DNA of 42,605 nucleotides, from the IMG/VR virus record IMGVR_UViG_3300020045_000175, positions 1-42,605 of that record. One strand, 5' to 3'. Numbering within the stretch: the first letter of the stretch is position 1; each line of letters begins with the position of its first letter. This document shows, piece after piece, positions 17,801-26,603 of this stretch. Under the pieces are notes generated by a model. That model ran no database searches. It saw nothing but the letters and a program-made list of their open reading frames with translations, and had not been told where the DNA came from. Both the position numbers and the translations under genes were made by a program. The DNA is from a virus. Taxonomy: Duplodnaviria > Caudoviricetes.

Positions 17801-19926
17801 GTATGCGAGCACAGAATCCAGACATGGTCTATAACGTCCGTGCTGATGATCGTGCAATGCGTACCAGCTCTGATGATTGGTTTGATATCAACTCTGCCTC
17901 AGGCCGTGTTGCTCAACGTCATCGTGGTAAGCTGTTGGAAGATGCTAGTGGTTTGAACTTGTTGGGTGATGGTAGTTATGTCGTTAGCCCGATTGATTCT
18001 GCTATTCATTCGGCTAAGAGTATTGCTGGAAGAACAATTAGTCGTCCTATGCTGGAAGCTTCTAAAGCTCGCTTTATGAACCAGTATAAGGAGTTTTTGC
18101 CTTCTGATGGGATGGGTGGTATTAAGTATCCTCATTCAGTTGAGGAGATTGGTGGCAAAGGTATGTATGTGTCTTCAGAAGTTGCCGATGCTCGTACTAC
18201 ATATGAATATCTCCGTTACTTAGAGAACGGGTATATTAACAGTATGGATAACGTGTTTAAAGCCACTATGCACTTTGTAGCAAATAGGGCAGGTAAACGT
18301 GGTATGTCTGCAACTGAACGTGCTGCTCTGCAAGGTGCTGAAATGTCTCCTTCCTCTATGGGTAAGGGTGCTGTGTTCGGTGCTTACATTGCTACAAACC
18401 CATTACGCCAATGGATTGTACAGGCTCACCAGATTGTTCGTACTTGGGCGTATAACCCACAAGGCTGGCTCAATGGTAACATTGAAATGCTTGCTGGTCA
18501 ATACCTTGGTATTAAAGGTGGTGTATTAACTAATCCATCAGCTGATGCTAAAGCCTTCGTTAAGTTTCTTGACGATTCAGGTTTGATGGCTGCTGTGGAT
18601 AAACAGAACTTGGTGCGTGGTACATTGCTTGATGCAGCTGACCAAAGCAACAAACTGTTGAAAGCTGTTAACACAGTTCCTAGCGCATTACGCCGTGTTG
18701 GTTTCGACGTAGGTGAAATGGCTAACACATTAGGACATGCTGCTGCTGTGTATGAGCGTTATAAGCGTCTCGGTAAGAATATGACTGACCCAACAGTGTT
18801 GGATGAAGTTGCTTCTGAAATCCGTGCTATTAGCTATGACATGAACTTTGCAGGGGATATGCCGTATAACCAAACAACTCCTTCAATGGTGTTGCAATTT
18901 ATGCAGGTTCCTCATAAGGCATTCTTGCAAGCAGCTAATCGTCGTATTGATGCTGGTGTACGTGCTCGTATGGTTGTAGCTGATACAATTATGTGGGGAG
19001 TTCCTGGCTCTATGTTGGTTAGTGAGTTGCTTGGTGGAGATATTCTCCCTGACAATGCTAAGCTTCGTGAGCAGGTAGTGTATGGTTTAGAAAGCATGTT
19101 GTATAACGCAGCCTTGAAGAAATACTTCCAGACTGATGATATTAATATTGACTTCTCTAGCTTGGCTCCTTACGATATGCAAGGATGGGCACAGTTCTTT
19201 AAATCAATGATGACTGAAGGCGCATTTGGAGTTATCTCTAATAGCCCTGCTGGTGCATTGTTCTTGAAAGACGGTAGTCGTATTCAAACTGCTATTCATT
19301 CTGTTGGTCGGTTCTTTGGTATTGTACCAGATGACTATAAAGACCCACAAGAAGCTCTCTCAGTCATCAACGATGTATTGAGTATTTCTTCTGGTTGGAG
19401 TAACGCAGTTAAAGCTCACTTGGCCTTAGAGACAGGTAAGATTTACGATAAGTACGGTAACGTGATTGACAAACAGGCTCATCCGTTTGAAGCATATATG
19501 TTGGCATTTGGCTTTGCTCCATCTAACCAACGTGATATGTACCAAGCGATGAAGGCTGCATCTACTAAGACTAAGAACTTCAAAGAAGAAGTTGAAAGTG
19601 TTATGGATGAAGTGTCTCGTTATTATCATCGTGAATTGTCGAAAGGTAATACCGATATCGAGTATATGACTAAGGTATCGTCTTTCGTATTGAAGAAGTA
19701 TGAGAACAACCCAGAAGCACAGCAGATTGCTGCCAACTGGATGAATCAGAAACTCTTCCAAGACAAAGACACCCAGATGATTTACATGATGATGAAGGCT
19801 GCGGGTATTCCTGAAGGAACCTCGTTACGCGATAACATTCGTCAAATGCCAGTCTCAGATGAACAGAAACAAATGATGTTGCAACGCGTAGATGACGTTG
19901 AAGCAGCAACAAAGAAAGGTAAATAA
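14878..19926 (+). CDS. Large internal virion (ejection) protein
   Basis: 1682 aa helical protein in ejectosome position; no RNA polymerase motifs recognised. Confidence 0.65.
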   Translation: MEENSLDSLMGSEQNPNDLAVFQDNPRVGLQLPTASIRNRAAVTSLLSDNPDQAIENFQLMVAENEQGSDVITKNIQEKAIAQSKAKDMKTMMGILADPSVPFEQKQAVVRGFNQTKEEPSSVLMTNNLSQASKGETHEAEKSRLSVADMVKQVRDAVDLEQGLVNSYIDARSWKNPTSVADTAATWFAPFGTNIAVGKVGAAQLPEGASAWQVTKQFLLPGSSMADMRDKLKALPADERLAITQSLLTTISQKSGLIMSSENQINQMVMANDIVNGDYNDFDKWVDNLAGLVDIVGLGWAAKGLKRGAKVDKILGAAEDTTTAGRVPSGTFEPTLRQRTTEELQGVTTSFQDKLITNLEKEKSELLGAAGNALERGQVKSLTDELAAIKSKLVPEADIKAAAKDIQKTDKVSFKEAMSTASKRIEELNAEINANAMRIEQQIEANRQASTAAQRISAIEKEIKQLQDARVDSPGALTPIADLVRRIEMRGVVSSYNPASPAAIIQQSNPEKARNLFHATFVSEGDAAAEAIYGSSKLDALAGDVFPQIVTESGKVTSKPVDIQRSLRNSTDIPEEIIAAAHASGALEYTASEKALARANKVNDFSSAEGLHLMDNMSSFRLDGREYKISAVYGTPEGSFLNAQQAYDQALYALRNQGVMPEEITIMMKDGLDHIPVKLEDVKNIEGNYLVRVETKQELDPTDVTQWEMFDVKRNWLDRLPLVTNSKGSASRWMFDASSMLHPTYTSAAIVASDRAASFEKLMLEFASTFSDKYVKLPKAEQLRVDNYIREANAKRLKMDTADLLARGMSKEEISAVKSWRDFWDGHFYLENLDVVRSLNSQGYQKLVAPNADLFAKELKVSPGQVKMYDPTTDMVLTPSGQVVKDLYDNGGYVARLRRPSAFGADTAEYVMVRNNGSEYLRKLRDTDQALNYIDGYYQVQYKAPRFVDEISPDGMRRAVAVGGDTAEAEAFATRMRAQNPDMVYNVRADDRAMRTSSDDWFDINSASGRVAQRHRGKLLEDASGLNLLGDGSYVVSPIDSAIHSAKSIAGRTISRPMLEASKARFMNQYKEFLPSDGMGGIKYPHSVEEIGGKGMYVSSEVADARTTYEYLRYLENGYINSMDNVFKATMHFVANRAGKRGMSATERAALQGAEMSPSSMGKGAVFGAYIATNPLRQWIVQAHQIVRTWAYNPQGWLNGNIEMLAGQYLGIKGGVLTNPSADAKAFVKFLDDSGLMAAVDKQNLVRGTLLDAADQSNKLLKAVNTVPSALRRVGFDVGEMANTLGHAAAVYERYKRLGKNMTDPTVLDEVASEIRAISYDMNFAGDMPYNQTTPSMVLQFMQVPHKAFLQAANRRIDAGVRARMVVADTIMWGVPGSMLVSELLGGDILPDNAKLREQVVYGLESMLYNAALKKYFQTDDINIDFSSLAPYDMQGWAQFFKSMMTEGAFGVISNSPAGALFLKDGSRIQTAIHSVGRFFGIVPDDYKDPQEALSVINDVLSISSGWSNAVKAHLALETGKIYDKYGNVIDKQAHPFEAYMLAFGFAPSNQRDMYQAMKAASTKTKNFKEEVESVMDEVSRYYHRELSKGNTDIEYMTKVSSFVLKKYENNPEAQQIAANWMNQKLFQDKDTQMIYMMMKAAGIPEGTSLRDNIRQMPVSDEQKQMMLQRVDDVEAATKKGK

Positions 19927-19929
19927 TAT

Positions 19930-21753
19930 ATGGCTGAGTTTGGCTCACAAGCAACTCAGCTCTCCGCCCCGCAAGGGGCAGGGAGCGCACCTCTAGCACC
20001 TGTCCAACAACAGGCTGTTAATACAAGTTCAATTCAAATGTTGGCAGCTGCTGCTCCAGCTATTGGACAAGGCATTGCCAACTTCATGCAGAAGCAGGCT
20101 AAAGACCAAGAGACTGCTGTTGTCTCAGCTTATACGCAAGAACAGGCTACAATCAACGCAGCTATTGCTGACGGCACTCTGCAACCTGCTGAAGCTGCTG
20201 GTCGTTCTAAAGCTCTGTTTAGTAAATATGCTGCTAACTTTGCTGGCAATATGGAGTCTTTAAATAAAGCTCGTACAGCCCTTAGTGGCGGTTCTGAGCT
20301 GGGCACTGCTGAAGACGCATTGAAGACAGACCAAGAATTGCGTAAGAGTGCAAAACTGGCTGCTCAAGCTGATGGTGTAGAGTTTTATGGTGGTATGAGT
20401 AAGTCAGCAGAAGATGCTTTGCTACGTGCTCATTCTTCCAGCATTCGTATGCAGAAGCAGTTTGAACTACAAGTTAAGATGAACGCAGAGTCTCGTGCCC
20501 AAGGTAGTTGGGATAAAGAGATGCGTGATGCTCAGCTGAAAGATCAAAGCTTGATTCTTATTAACGACTTAGCAGGCTCCAACTTGGAAGCTTCTCGTGC
20601 TGTAGTTGTTGATCTGAAACAACAAGTGGCTTCTGGTAAGAAGACATATGACCAAGCCCGTATGGACTTGACTATGCACTTTACTCGTATCAATGCTGGT
20701 CTTACAGCTGCTGCTGGTAAGAACCCTGAGTTGGGTAGTTCGTATGTGAAGATGTTTGGTGATTTGCAGAAGGCTGGCGAGGCAATGCTTGACCCTAAAG
20801 CAGATGCTGCTAACTTGCAAGGCCAGATTGATTCGATCGTTAAAGGTCAAAGCTTGGCAGCTCTCCAGCGTGATCCTATATTGCAACGGTCTGTATCTGC
20901 TGCTGAACTGTTTAAAGGTAGCCCTATGGCCCTTCAGACAGCTCTTGGCACTAACGCTGGTGTAACTACTGCTGTAACCCAGATGATCTCTGGCGCTAAT
21001 ATTGTTAACCCTGTCATCGGTAATACACAAATTGAAAAAGGTGTATTCGATACGTTGAAGGGTGGTATGAATGACGCTGTACGTAATCCTGGCAATACTC
21101 AATATGAGCGTGAACTTAATCAAGGTATTAACGCTACATTGAAACAGGTGGGTGAACAGGTAGGTAAGGGTGATGCTAAGGCGTTGCAAGAGTCTGCTAA
21201 GTTCTTTGCTTCGCCTGAATATGGTAATTGGATTCGTAGTAATCAAGTAGACCCACAGACACAAGCTAACGCTTCTAAAGTGTTTAAGCTGGTGTATGAG
21301 CAAGCTATTGTTAAAGGTATTGAGCAGCAAATGTCTGCTGCCTTTGCACAACAGCCTGCTATGCCTGCTGCTGGTATTATGAGACAATCTATGGGTGGTG
21401 AGTCTGTAGCTGTTGAAGCTGTTAAGCCTGAGAACCTCTCAGTGTCCTTTACAGGCTCTGGTATCGTATTCGATATGAAGAACGTGCCTAATGACCCTGT
21501 GGCTCAACGTAACGCTCGTACTGCTATTGATTCGTTGAACAAAGCACAGAAAGCTGTAAACGAAGTTATTCGTCTTGGTGCTCACTTAGAAGGTTCTACC
21601 GACTATGCTAAGCAATGGGAAGATAACAAACACATCTACTTCCCTAAACTGTTCTCTGGATATAAGAATTTGGAGATTGGTCAAGTGGTTGATGGTTTAC
21701 GCTATAAGGGCGGAGACGCTAAGAAAGAAACTTCTTGGGAGCAAGTTAAGTAA
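19930..21753 (+). CDS. Internal virion protein
   Basis: 607 aa Ala/Gln-rich; C-terminal GQVVDGLRYKGGD...SWEQV motif. Confidence 0.6.
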   Translation: MAEFGSQATQLSAPQGAGSAPLAPVQQQAVNTSSIQMLAAAAPAIGQGIANFMQKQAKDQETAVVSAYTQEQATINAAIADGTLQPAEAAGRSKALFSKYAANFAGNMESLNKARTALSGGSELGTAEDALKTDQELRKSAKLAAQADGVEFYGGMSKSAEDALLRAHSSSIRMQKQFELQVKMNAESRAQGSWDKEMRDAQLKDQSLILINDLAGSNLEASRAVVVDLKQQVASGKKTYDQARMDLTMHFTRINAGLTAAAGKNPELGSSYVKMFGDLQKAGEAMLDPKADAANLQGQIDSIVKGQSLAALQRDPILQRSVSAAELFKGSPMALQTALGTNAGVTTAVTQMISGANIVNPVIGNTQIEKGVFDTLKGGMNDAVRNPGNTQYERELNQGINATLKQVGEQVGKGDAKALQESAKFFASPEYGNWIRSNQVDPQTQANASKVFKLVYEQAIVKGIEQQMSAAFAQQPAMPAAGIMRQSMGGESVAVEAVKPENLSVSFTGSGIVFDMKNVPNDPVAQRNARTAIDSLNKAQKAVNEVIRLGAHLEGSTDYAKQWEDNKHIYFPKLFSGYKNLEIGQVVDGLRYKGGDAKKETSWEQVK

Positions 21754-22454
21754 TGGCTGATACAGAAGTTAAGCCTGTGGAATCAAAACCACAGGAAGCT
21801 CCTGTTGCTAAGCCTTGGGAACAAGAATGGGTTCAGAAACCAGTGCAAGCTGTCTCTGAATCTATTCAAGCTACTAAGGAGACGGTAACAGAGGCCGTAA
21901 AAGGCTTTAAATGGCCTTGGGAGAGGGATTGGACAAGCAAGACACCCGAACCTACACAGACAGTTGATAAGGGCGTTAAACAGCCTCCTACACAGATTGA
22001 TGTAGAGAAGCATGTTGACAAAGTTATTGCTGCTGAAAGCTCTAATCGTCCTAACGTAAAGAGTAAGACAAGCACTGCTGCTGGTCTAGCTCAATTTACA
22101 ATTGGTACATGGCGTGAGCAAGTGGCTAAACAAGGTAAAGACTATGTTGCAAAAGATAGATTTGACCCTGTTAAAGCTAGAGAAATTGCTGTTGGCTTCA
22201 CTAAAGAGAATTTAGAGCGAGCACGTAAACAGCTGAATAGAGAACCTACTGCTGCTGAGCTTTATATGTATCACATGCTCCCACAAGGAGCTAGTCGTAT
22301 GATTAAAGCTAACGATAATGTCCCTGCTGCTGAATTGTATAGTGCTGCGATTACAAAAGCTAACAAAGAAATCTTCTTTGAGAAAGATGGACGTAAGCTT
22401 GTTCCTCGTACAGTTGGTGAAGTTAAAGCAATCTTTGAACGTAAGGTGAAGTAA
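21753..22454 (+). CDS. Virion-associated lytic transglycosylase-like protein
   Basis: AAESS...AAGLAQFTIGTW...RFDP SLT motifs; N-terminal PWExxW repeats. Confidence 0.75.
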   Translation: MADTEVKPVESKPQEAPVAKPWEQEWVQKPVQAVSESIQATKETVTEAVKGFKWPWERDWTSKTPEPTQTVDKGVKQPPTQIDVEKHVDKVIAAESSNRPNVKSKTSTAAGLAQFTIGTWREQVAKQGKDYVAKDRFDPVKAREIAVGFTKENLERARKQLNREPTAAELYMYHMLPQGASRMIKANDNVPAAELYSAAITKANKEIFFEKDGRKLVPRTVGEVKAIFERKVK

Positions 22455-22726
22455 TGGCTAAAAAGGGTGAGATGAAAAAAGGAGCTAAGGCAGATAGTGT
22501 TCGTCAACGCGAATACAATTCTAGTCCTGAGCAGAAGAAACGCCGTGCTGAACGTAATCATGCACGGGCTATCATGGAGCGTAAAGGTGCGGTACGTAAG
22601 GGCGATGGTAAGGATGTGGATCACAAGAACCACAATACTAAAGATAAATCTGCTCGTAACTTACAAGCTATTCCGAAATCAAAGAATCGTGCCATGAACC
22701 AGTACGATAAACGCAAAAAGAAATAA
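22454..22726 (+). CDS. Small basic HNH protein
   Basis: KGDGKDVDHKNH...NLQAIPKSKNRA, common in podoviruses. Confidence 0.75.
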   Translation: MAKKGEMKKGAKADSVRQREYNSSPEQKKRRAERNHARAIMERKGAVRKGDGKDVDHKNHNTKDKSARNLQAIPKSKNRAMNQYDKRKKK

Positions 22727-22739
22727 CCTAGGGTAATTA

Positions 22740-23423
22740 ATGGCTAGTACAAAATCAGCACGTAAACGTAGAGTTGTGCAAGAACATCGTGAACCAGTAG
22801 CATCATTCAACGGAATGGTGCCTAAGAATCTGGCTCAACAAGTGTATCTTGAGGCAATCGAAAGAAGCGATGTGGTATTTGGAATTGGTAGTGCAGGCAC
22901 AGGGAAAACCTATGTGGCAGCTTCATACGCAGCGGAGAAGCTTTTCTACCGAGAGATTGATAAGATTATTGTAACTCGTCCTAACGTGGAAGCTAGTCGA
23001 GGATTCGGCTTCTTGCCAGGAGACTTGGACGAGAAGTATGCCCCTTATCTAGAGCCTTTTGAGAGTGTGTTCATCAGATCGTTTGGTAAGTCTCTATACG
23101 ATCTCTTTAGGAAGCGTGGTCAGATTGACCCACGTCCTTTAGGGTTTATGCGAGGCGCTACATTTGATAACGCTATTGTTCTGGTTGATGAATGTCAGAA
23201 CATGACCCATAAAGAATTCAAGCTTCTGCTTACACGCATTGGAGATAATACGAAAGTAATCTTCTCTGGTGACAGTAGACAGGTTGATATTCAGGATTCA
23301 GGATTGCTTGATACGATTGATCGTCTTAAGTATATCCCTGAGATTGAAACCATTGAGTTCCATCCCTCCGATATTGTACGTAGTGCTCTGTGTAAACAGA
23401 TCATTCTAGAATACGAGCGATAA
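22740..23423 (+). CDS. phoH: PhoH family ATPase
   Basis: GSAGTGKT, TRPNVE, GFLPGDL.EK, FMRGATF, DECQN, LTRIG, GD..QVD, DIVRS. Confidence 0.95.
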   Translation: MASTKSARKRRVVQEHREPVASFNGMVPKNLAQQVYLEAIERSDVVFGIGSAGTGKTYVAASYAAEKLFYREIDKIIVTRPNVEASRGFGFLPGDLDEKYAPYLEPFESVFIRSFGKSLYDLFRKRGQIDPRPLGFMRGATFDNAIVLVDECQNMTHKEFKLLLTRIGDNTKVIFSGDSRQVDIQDSGLLDTIDRLKYIPEIETIEFHPSDIVRSALCKQIILEYER

Positions 23424-23467
23424 AAAAATAACCCCCTAAGATGTTGAGTCCTAGGGGGTTTTTTATT
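23422..23467. terminator. Bidirectional rho-independent terminator between converging arms
   Basis: A-tract, AACCCCCTA stem, TAGGGGGTT, T-tract. Confidence 0.9.
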
Positions 23468-23469
23468 GC

Positions 23470-23646
23470 TTAATCGGTAACTACATAAGGCACACTACGC
23501 ACCTTAGGATATAGTTCACGGAATTCAGCTACTGCAATATCCTTGCCAATAATAATCTCAGTGAATGGAATATCTTTTTGTTTATATTCCATCTTCAGAG
23601 CATCACAGGCTGGACAATGGGGTTGAGAGTAAATTGTAATATTCAT
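23470..23646 (-). CDS. Glutaredoxin/NrdH-like redoxin (58 aa, not in ORF track)
   Basis: MNITIYSQPHCPACDALK...YPKVRSVPYVVTD; CxxC and SVP motifs; ATGA overlap with endonuclease stop. Confidence 0.88.
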   Translation of the reverse strand: MNITIYSQPHCPACDALKMEYKQKDIPFTEIIIGKDIAVAEFRELYPKVRSVPYVVTD

Positions 23647-24038
23647 TTTAAATAATCCATCATACGTTGTAGGATTTGAGGTTTATCAAATACGTGTCCT
23701 AATGCAGTATTGCAATGGAAGCACAATAAACCTCTCACCTTATTTGTTTCGTGACAATGATCAATACAACAGGAAGAGGGTATACGCTTTTCACCTAGAC
23801 GCAAAGCAGAGTGGTCATGTGTTAATTCTCGTTCACAAATCTTACACTTACCGCCCTGCTCATTAAACATATTAAGATATTCGGATTGGGTTATTCCGTA
23901 TTTCTTTTTAAGATGTTTATTGCGATATGTTGTTTTTCTGTCACCACCTATAGGTTGGCAGTCATAACACATTACTCGTTTATGACTACCTCTCCCGTTT
24001 ATCAGTTCAAATTCTGAACCACAACCTTGACATTTCAT
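23643..24038 (-). CDS. Endonuclease VII-family homing endonuclease
   Basis: LKKKYGIT..EY..M..EQGGKCKIC...IDHCHETNKVRGLLCFHCNTALG; N-terminal zinc ribbon; AT-rich. Confidence 0.88.
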   Translation of the reverse strand: MKCQGCGSEFELINGRGSHKRVMCYDCQPIGGDRKTTYRNKHLKKKYGITQSEYLNMFNEQGGKCKICERELTHDHSALRLGEKRIPSSCCIDHCHETNKVRGLLCFHCNTALGHVFDKPQILQRMMDYLK

Positions 24039-24058
24039 AGTTACCTTTCTTAGATATT

Positions 24059-24091
24059 ATACTATACCACAAAAGATAACTAATCTCGACA
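24059..24091 (-). promoter_or_regulatory. Candidate phage sigma-dependent promoter (copy 2)
   Basis: TGTCGA-N18-GTATAGTAT between nrdJ stop and endonuclease VII RBS. Confidence 0.6.
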
Positions 24092-24092
24092 G

Positions 24093-26069
24093 TTAACGAA
24101 TTGGACAAGCACCTGTGGTGCAATCTTCTTCTAGAACTGCATCAATATCGTTGGCTTGATCCAGAATAATTGGTTGCAGAATAGATGAATATTCATCAAA
24201 AGCCTCTTTGGTTACGACTTCCTGGGGCAAGTACAAGTATCCAGCGTCTTTTGCTGTTTTGGTAGGATCGGTTCTAAATAAGAAAGACACTCCAACATAA
24301 ACATCCCAATTATCATAAAGCCAATCGACAATTTCATCTACTTCCTCTACTGAATAACTAATAGTAGCTGATACGTTCTGTTGACACCAGTTTTGCATCA
24401 ACATCTTGTAACGCTCTAATTGCGTAATGGCAGATTCCAGATTAACCTCCAGAACCACACCATCCTTCTCGAACTTATCGAATGGAACCTCATCCCATGC
24501 TACAGGAAATGTAATCAACACAGCTGAGGGATCAGTAGGGTTGTCAATAACTTTGTATCCAGCAGCACGACACAATGGAACCAATGGATCATGTTTACCG
24601 AAGTTAACGTTATTGAAGATATACTTGCCTAGTGGCTTGTGGACACCTTCTGTAGTATCCATGATCTTACTAAGTGTCCCGCTGGGCTTAACTGTTGTGA
24701 CATTCTTAGGTCGTGGAAGCCCAAGCTCATCAGCCATGGAATAAGCGCCTGAAGTGGCGGTACGCTTGAGTTCTTCGTATTCGTAACCTCCAAGGTCTGG
24801 GCGTCGAACGATACCTGTAAGACCCACTCCACAAAGTCGCAGGAATTCATTGTTAAGATGCCAGGCTTCCTGAAGAATTCCGTCCATGAGATTAACACAG
24901 GTTTGTCGGTAGTTGGCGCGGCTGGCAATATAGATTGCTCGACGAAGGCCCGCAGAGTCACCCTTGAATTTTCCAACGTCAGTCTCCGTTAAGTTACAGA
25001 AGGATTTGTTTCCAAGGAGAATTTCAACACAAGGGTTAGCTCCTTTGAACCAAGGGGCACGTTTTCTTGCACTGACACCGTTGATGAAACCAGGCTCACT
25101 TCCACCTGCTGCGACCATGAGCTTAAAGATTTCTGCAATATTGTCTTTGCTCGGCTTGTGATTAAAGAGCAAGCTATTGTTGCTCTGTCCTCGTTGTACA
25201 TTCTTAGCCCACCAATCTTTCTTGGCTACTGCAAATTCTTCCCATTCATCTTCTCCATACTCGAATAGAGCAATCTCAGCTGAACGGCGAGAAGATAGGA
25301 CAGTCCCAAGCCAATTAACCACGTCAAGGATATCAATACGGCTAAGCAAACTACCGCTACGCCGATTGAGAATTTGAAAAATCGCTTCATAAGCTTTTGC
25401 AATGGATGCGTCACCGCTGCTAATCCAACCATATCCTTTGAGCCTTTCCCCTGCGGGTCGAATCTGTGAAAAGTCCAGTACAAGTTTACGTGCTGGATAC
25501 TTGTGCGACATAAGTTTACCAATTGATTTAGACCAAGCCTCAGCTGAGTCACCAATTCGGATCGTCCATACACCGTCTTTAAAAGTTTCTGTATTGTGTT
25601 GATCACCATCTTTATCTGTACGTGTGCTACGGATTACTTCGAGTTCACGGATAGGTTCTTGGAAGCCGGTAAGCTGTCCCACAATCGGTCTAAATCCAAC
25701 TCCACACCCTTGCATGAGCAACCACAGAACATCGACAACGTCGTATACCGTTTCAACATGAGTGAACGAACAGTTGAATTGAGAGGCTTCCCGTCGTTTA
25801 GCCACGTCTGTGCCGCCAAGCCATAGAGTTCGACCTGACATGAGCACTTTGCGGTCGAGCATAAGGTATCGAAGTTCTTCGAGTTCCATGAGCTGTTGGG
25901 TGTCAAGCTCTCGTTGCTGTGCTCGTTCCCACAACCATTGTTGATGGAGGATGACTCGATTAACTGTTTGTGCGAAGGTTTCAAATACTGTGCCTTTGTC
26001 ATCTAATGGACGATTGTAAGTACGTCGCATCAAGAGCTGTGAACGGAGAGATTGGATTTCTTGAGTCAT
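24093..26069 (-). CDS. nrdJ: Class II (adenosylcobalamin-dependent) ribonucleotide reductase, monomeric RTPR type
   Basis: RTYNRP, SQFNCSF, GCGVGF, SRRSAEI, NPCVEILL, TTVKPSGT, C-terminal CTTGACPIR; no beta subunit gene. Confidence 0.92.
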   Translation of the reverse strand: MTQEIQSLRSQLLMRRTYNRPLDDKGTVFETFAQTVNRVILHQQWLWERAQQRELDTQQLMELEELRYLMLDRKVLMSGRTLWLGGTDVAKRREASQFNCSFTHVETVYDVVDVLWLLMQGCGVGFRPIVGQLTGFQEPIRELEVIRSTRTDKDGDQHNTETFKDGVWTIRIGDSAEAWSKSIGKLMSHKYPARKLVLDFSQIRPAGERLKGYGWISSGDASIAKAYEAIFQILNRRSGSLLSRIDILDVVNWLGTVLSSRRSAEIALFEYGEDEWEEFAVAKKDWWAKNVQRGQSNNSLLFNHKPSKDNIAEIFKLMVAAGGSEPGFINGVSARKRAPWFKGANPCVEILLGNKSFCNLTETDVGKFKGDSAGLRRAIYIASRANYRQTCVNLMDGILQEAWHLNNEFLRLCGVGLTGIVRRPDLGGYEYEELKRTATSGAYSMADELGLPRPKNVTTVKPSGTLSKIMDTTEGVHKPLGKYIFNNVNFGKHDPLVPLCRAAGYKVIDNPTDPSAVLITFPVAWDEVPFDKFEKDGVVLEVNLESAITQLERYKMLMQNWCQQNVSATISYSVEEVDEIVDWLYDNWDVYVGVSFLFRTDPTKTAKDAGYLYLPQEVVTKEAFDEYSSILQPIILDQANDIDAVLEEDCTTGACPIR

Positions 26070-26083
26070 TTAGTTCCTTATAA

Positions 26084-26455
26084 TTAGTATGCTTTGCCAC
26101 CGATGCCGAGTCGGTTTTCTTTCTTGTGGTCTGCACGACCTGCGTTGTATTCCATTTTCTGCTGGAACGCTTTACCCAAATCCATATTGTAAGCGCCAGC
26201 AAGGTCAAAGATGCGGATAAGAGCATCAGCAAGCTCAACAGTACGACCATCAAACCAAGGGAGCTTATCATCCATCAATCCTTTACGATCAGCTTCCATA
26301 GCCTCAGCTAGCTCTGATACGGTTAGCATGAGCTTATTACTGAATGCGAAAGGGTTTTCAGTAATAGACTTGCCAGTGTTAATATCGTGCCACCAACCAG
26401 CTTCTCGAGCTTGCTTGTGGCATTCGTACATCAAATCATCAATCTTTTGTTTCAT
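26084..26455 (-). CDS. MazG-like NTP pyrophosphohydrolase
   Basis: SELAEAMEADRK...ELADALIRIFD...KMEYN; start reassigned to ATG 26455. Confidence 0.82.
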   Translation of the reverse strand: MKQKIDDLMYECHKQAREAGWWHDINTGKSITENPFAFSNKLMLTVSELAEAMEADRKGLMDDKLPWFDGRTVELADALIRIFDLAGAYNMDLGKAFQQKMEYNAGRADHKKENRLGIGGKAY

Positions 26456-26603
26456 TCTTCTTATATGCCTTACAATATACAATTTTTACATTACCGACCT
26501 GTTCAATAACAGGCCAGTTTTTAAAAGGGAGGTGACTACAATCGTCTCTTTTATTGACACAATTAAAACACAAACCCCCTTTAGGTTGATACACCTCAAT
26601 CAT
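26439..26603 (-). CDS. Small Cys4 protein (54 aa, not in ORF track)
   Basis: MIEVYQPKGGLCFNCVNKRDDCSHLPFKNWPVIEQVGNVKIVYCKAYKKNETKD; fills the gap and overlaps both neighbours. Confidence 0.72.
   Translation of the reverse strand: MIEVYQPKGGLCFNCVNKRDDCSHLPFKNWPVIEQVGNVKIVYCKAYKKNETKD

Noticed and set aside
19637-19668. TGTCGAAA...GTATATG near-copy of the promoter motif
   Set aside because: Spacer is 19 rather than 18 and it lies inside a CDS about 260 nt before the next start; possible but not counted
14878-19926. Virion RNA polymerase (N4- or crAss-like)
   Set aside because: No polymerase catalytic motifs recognised; position fits an ejection protein
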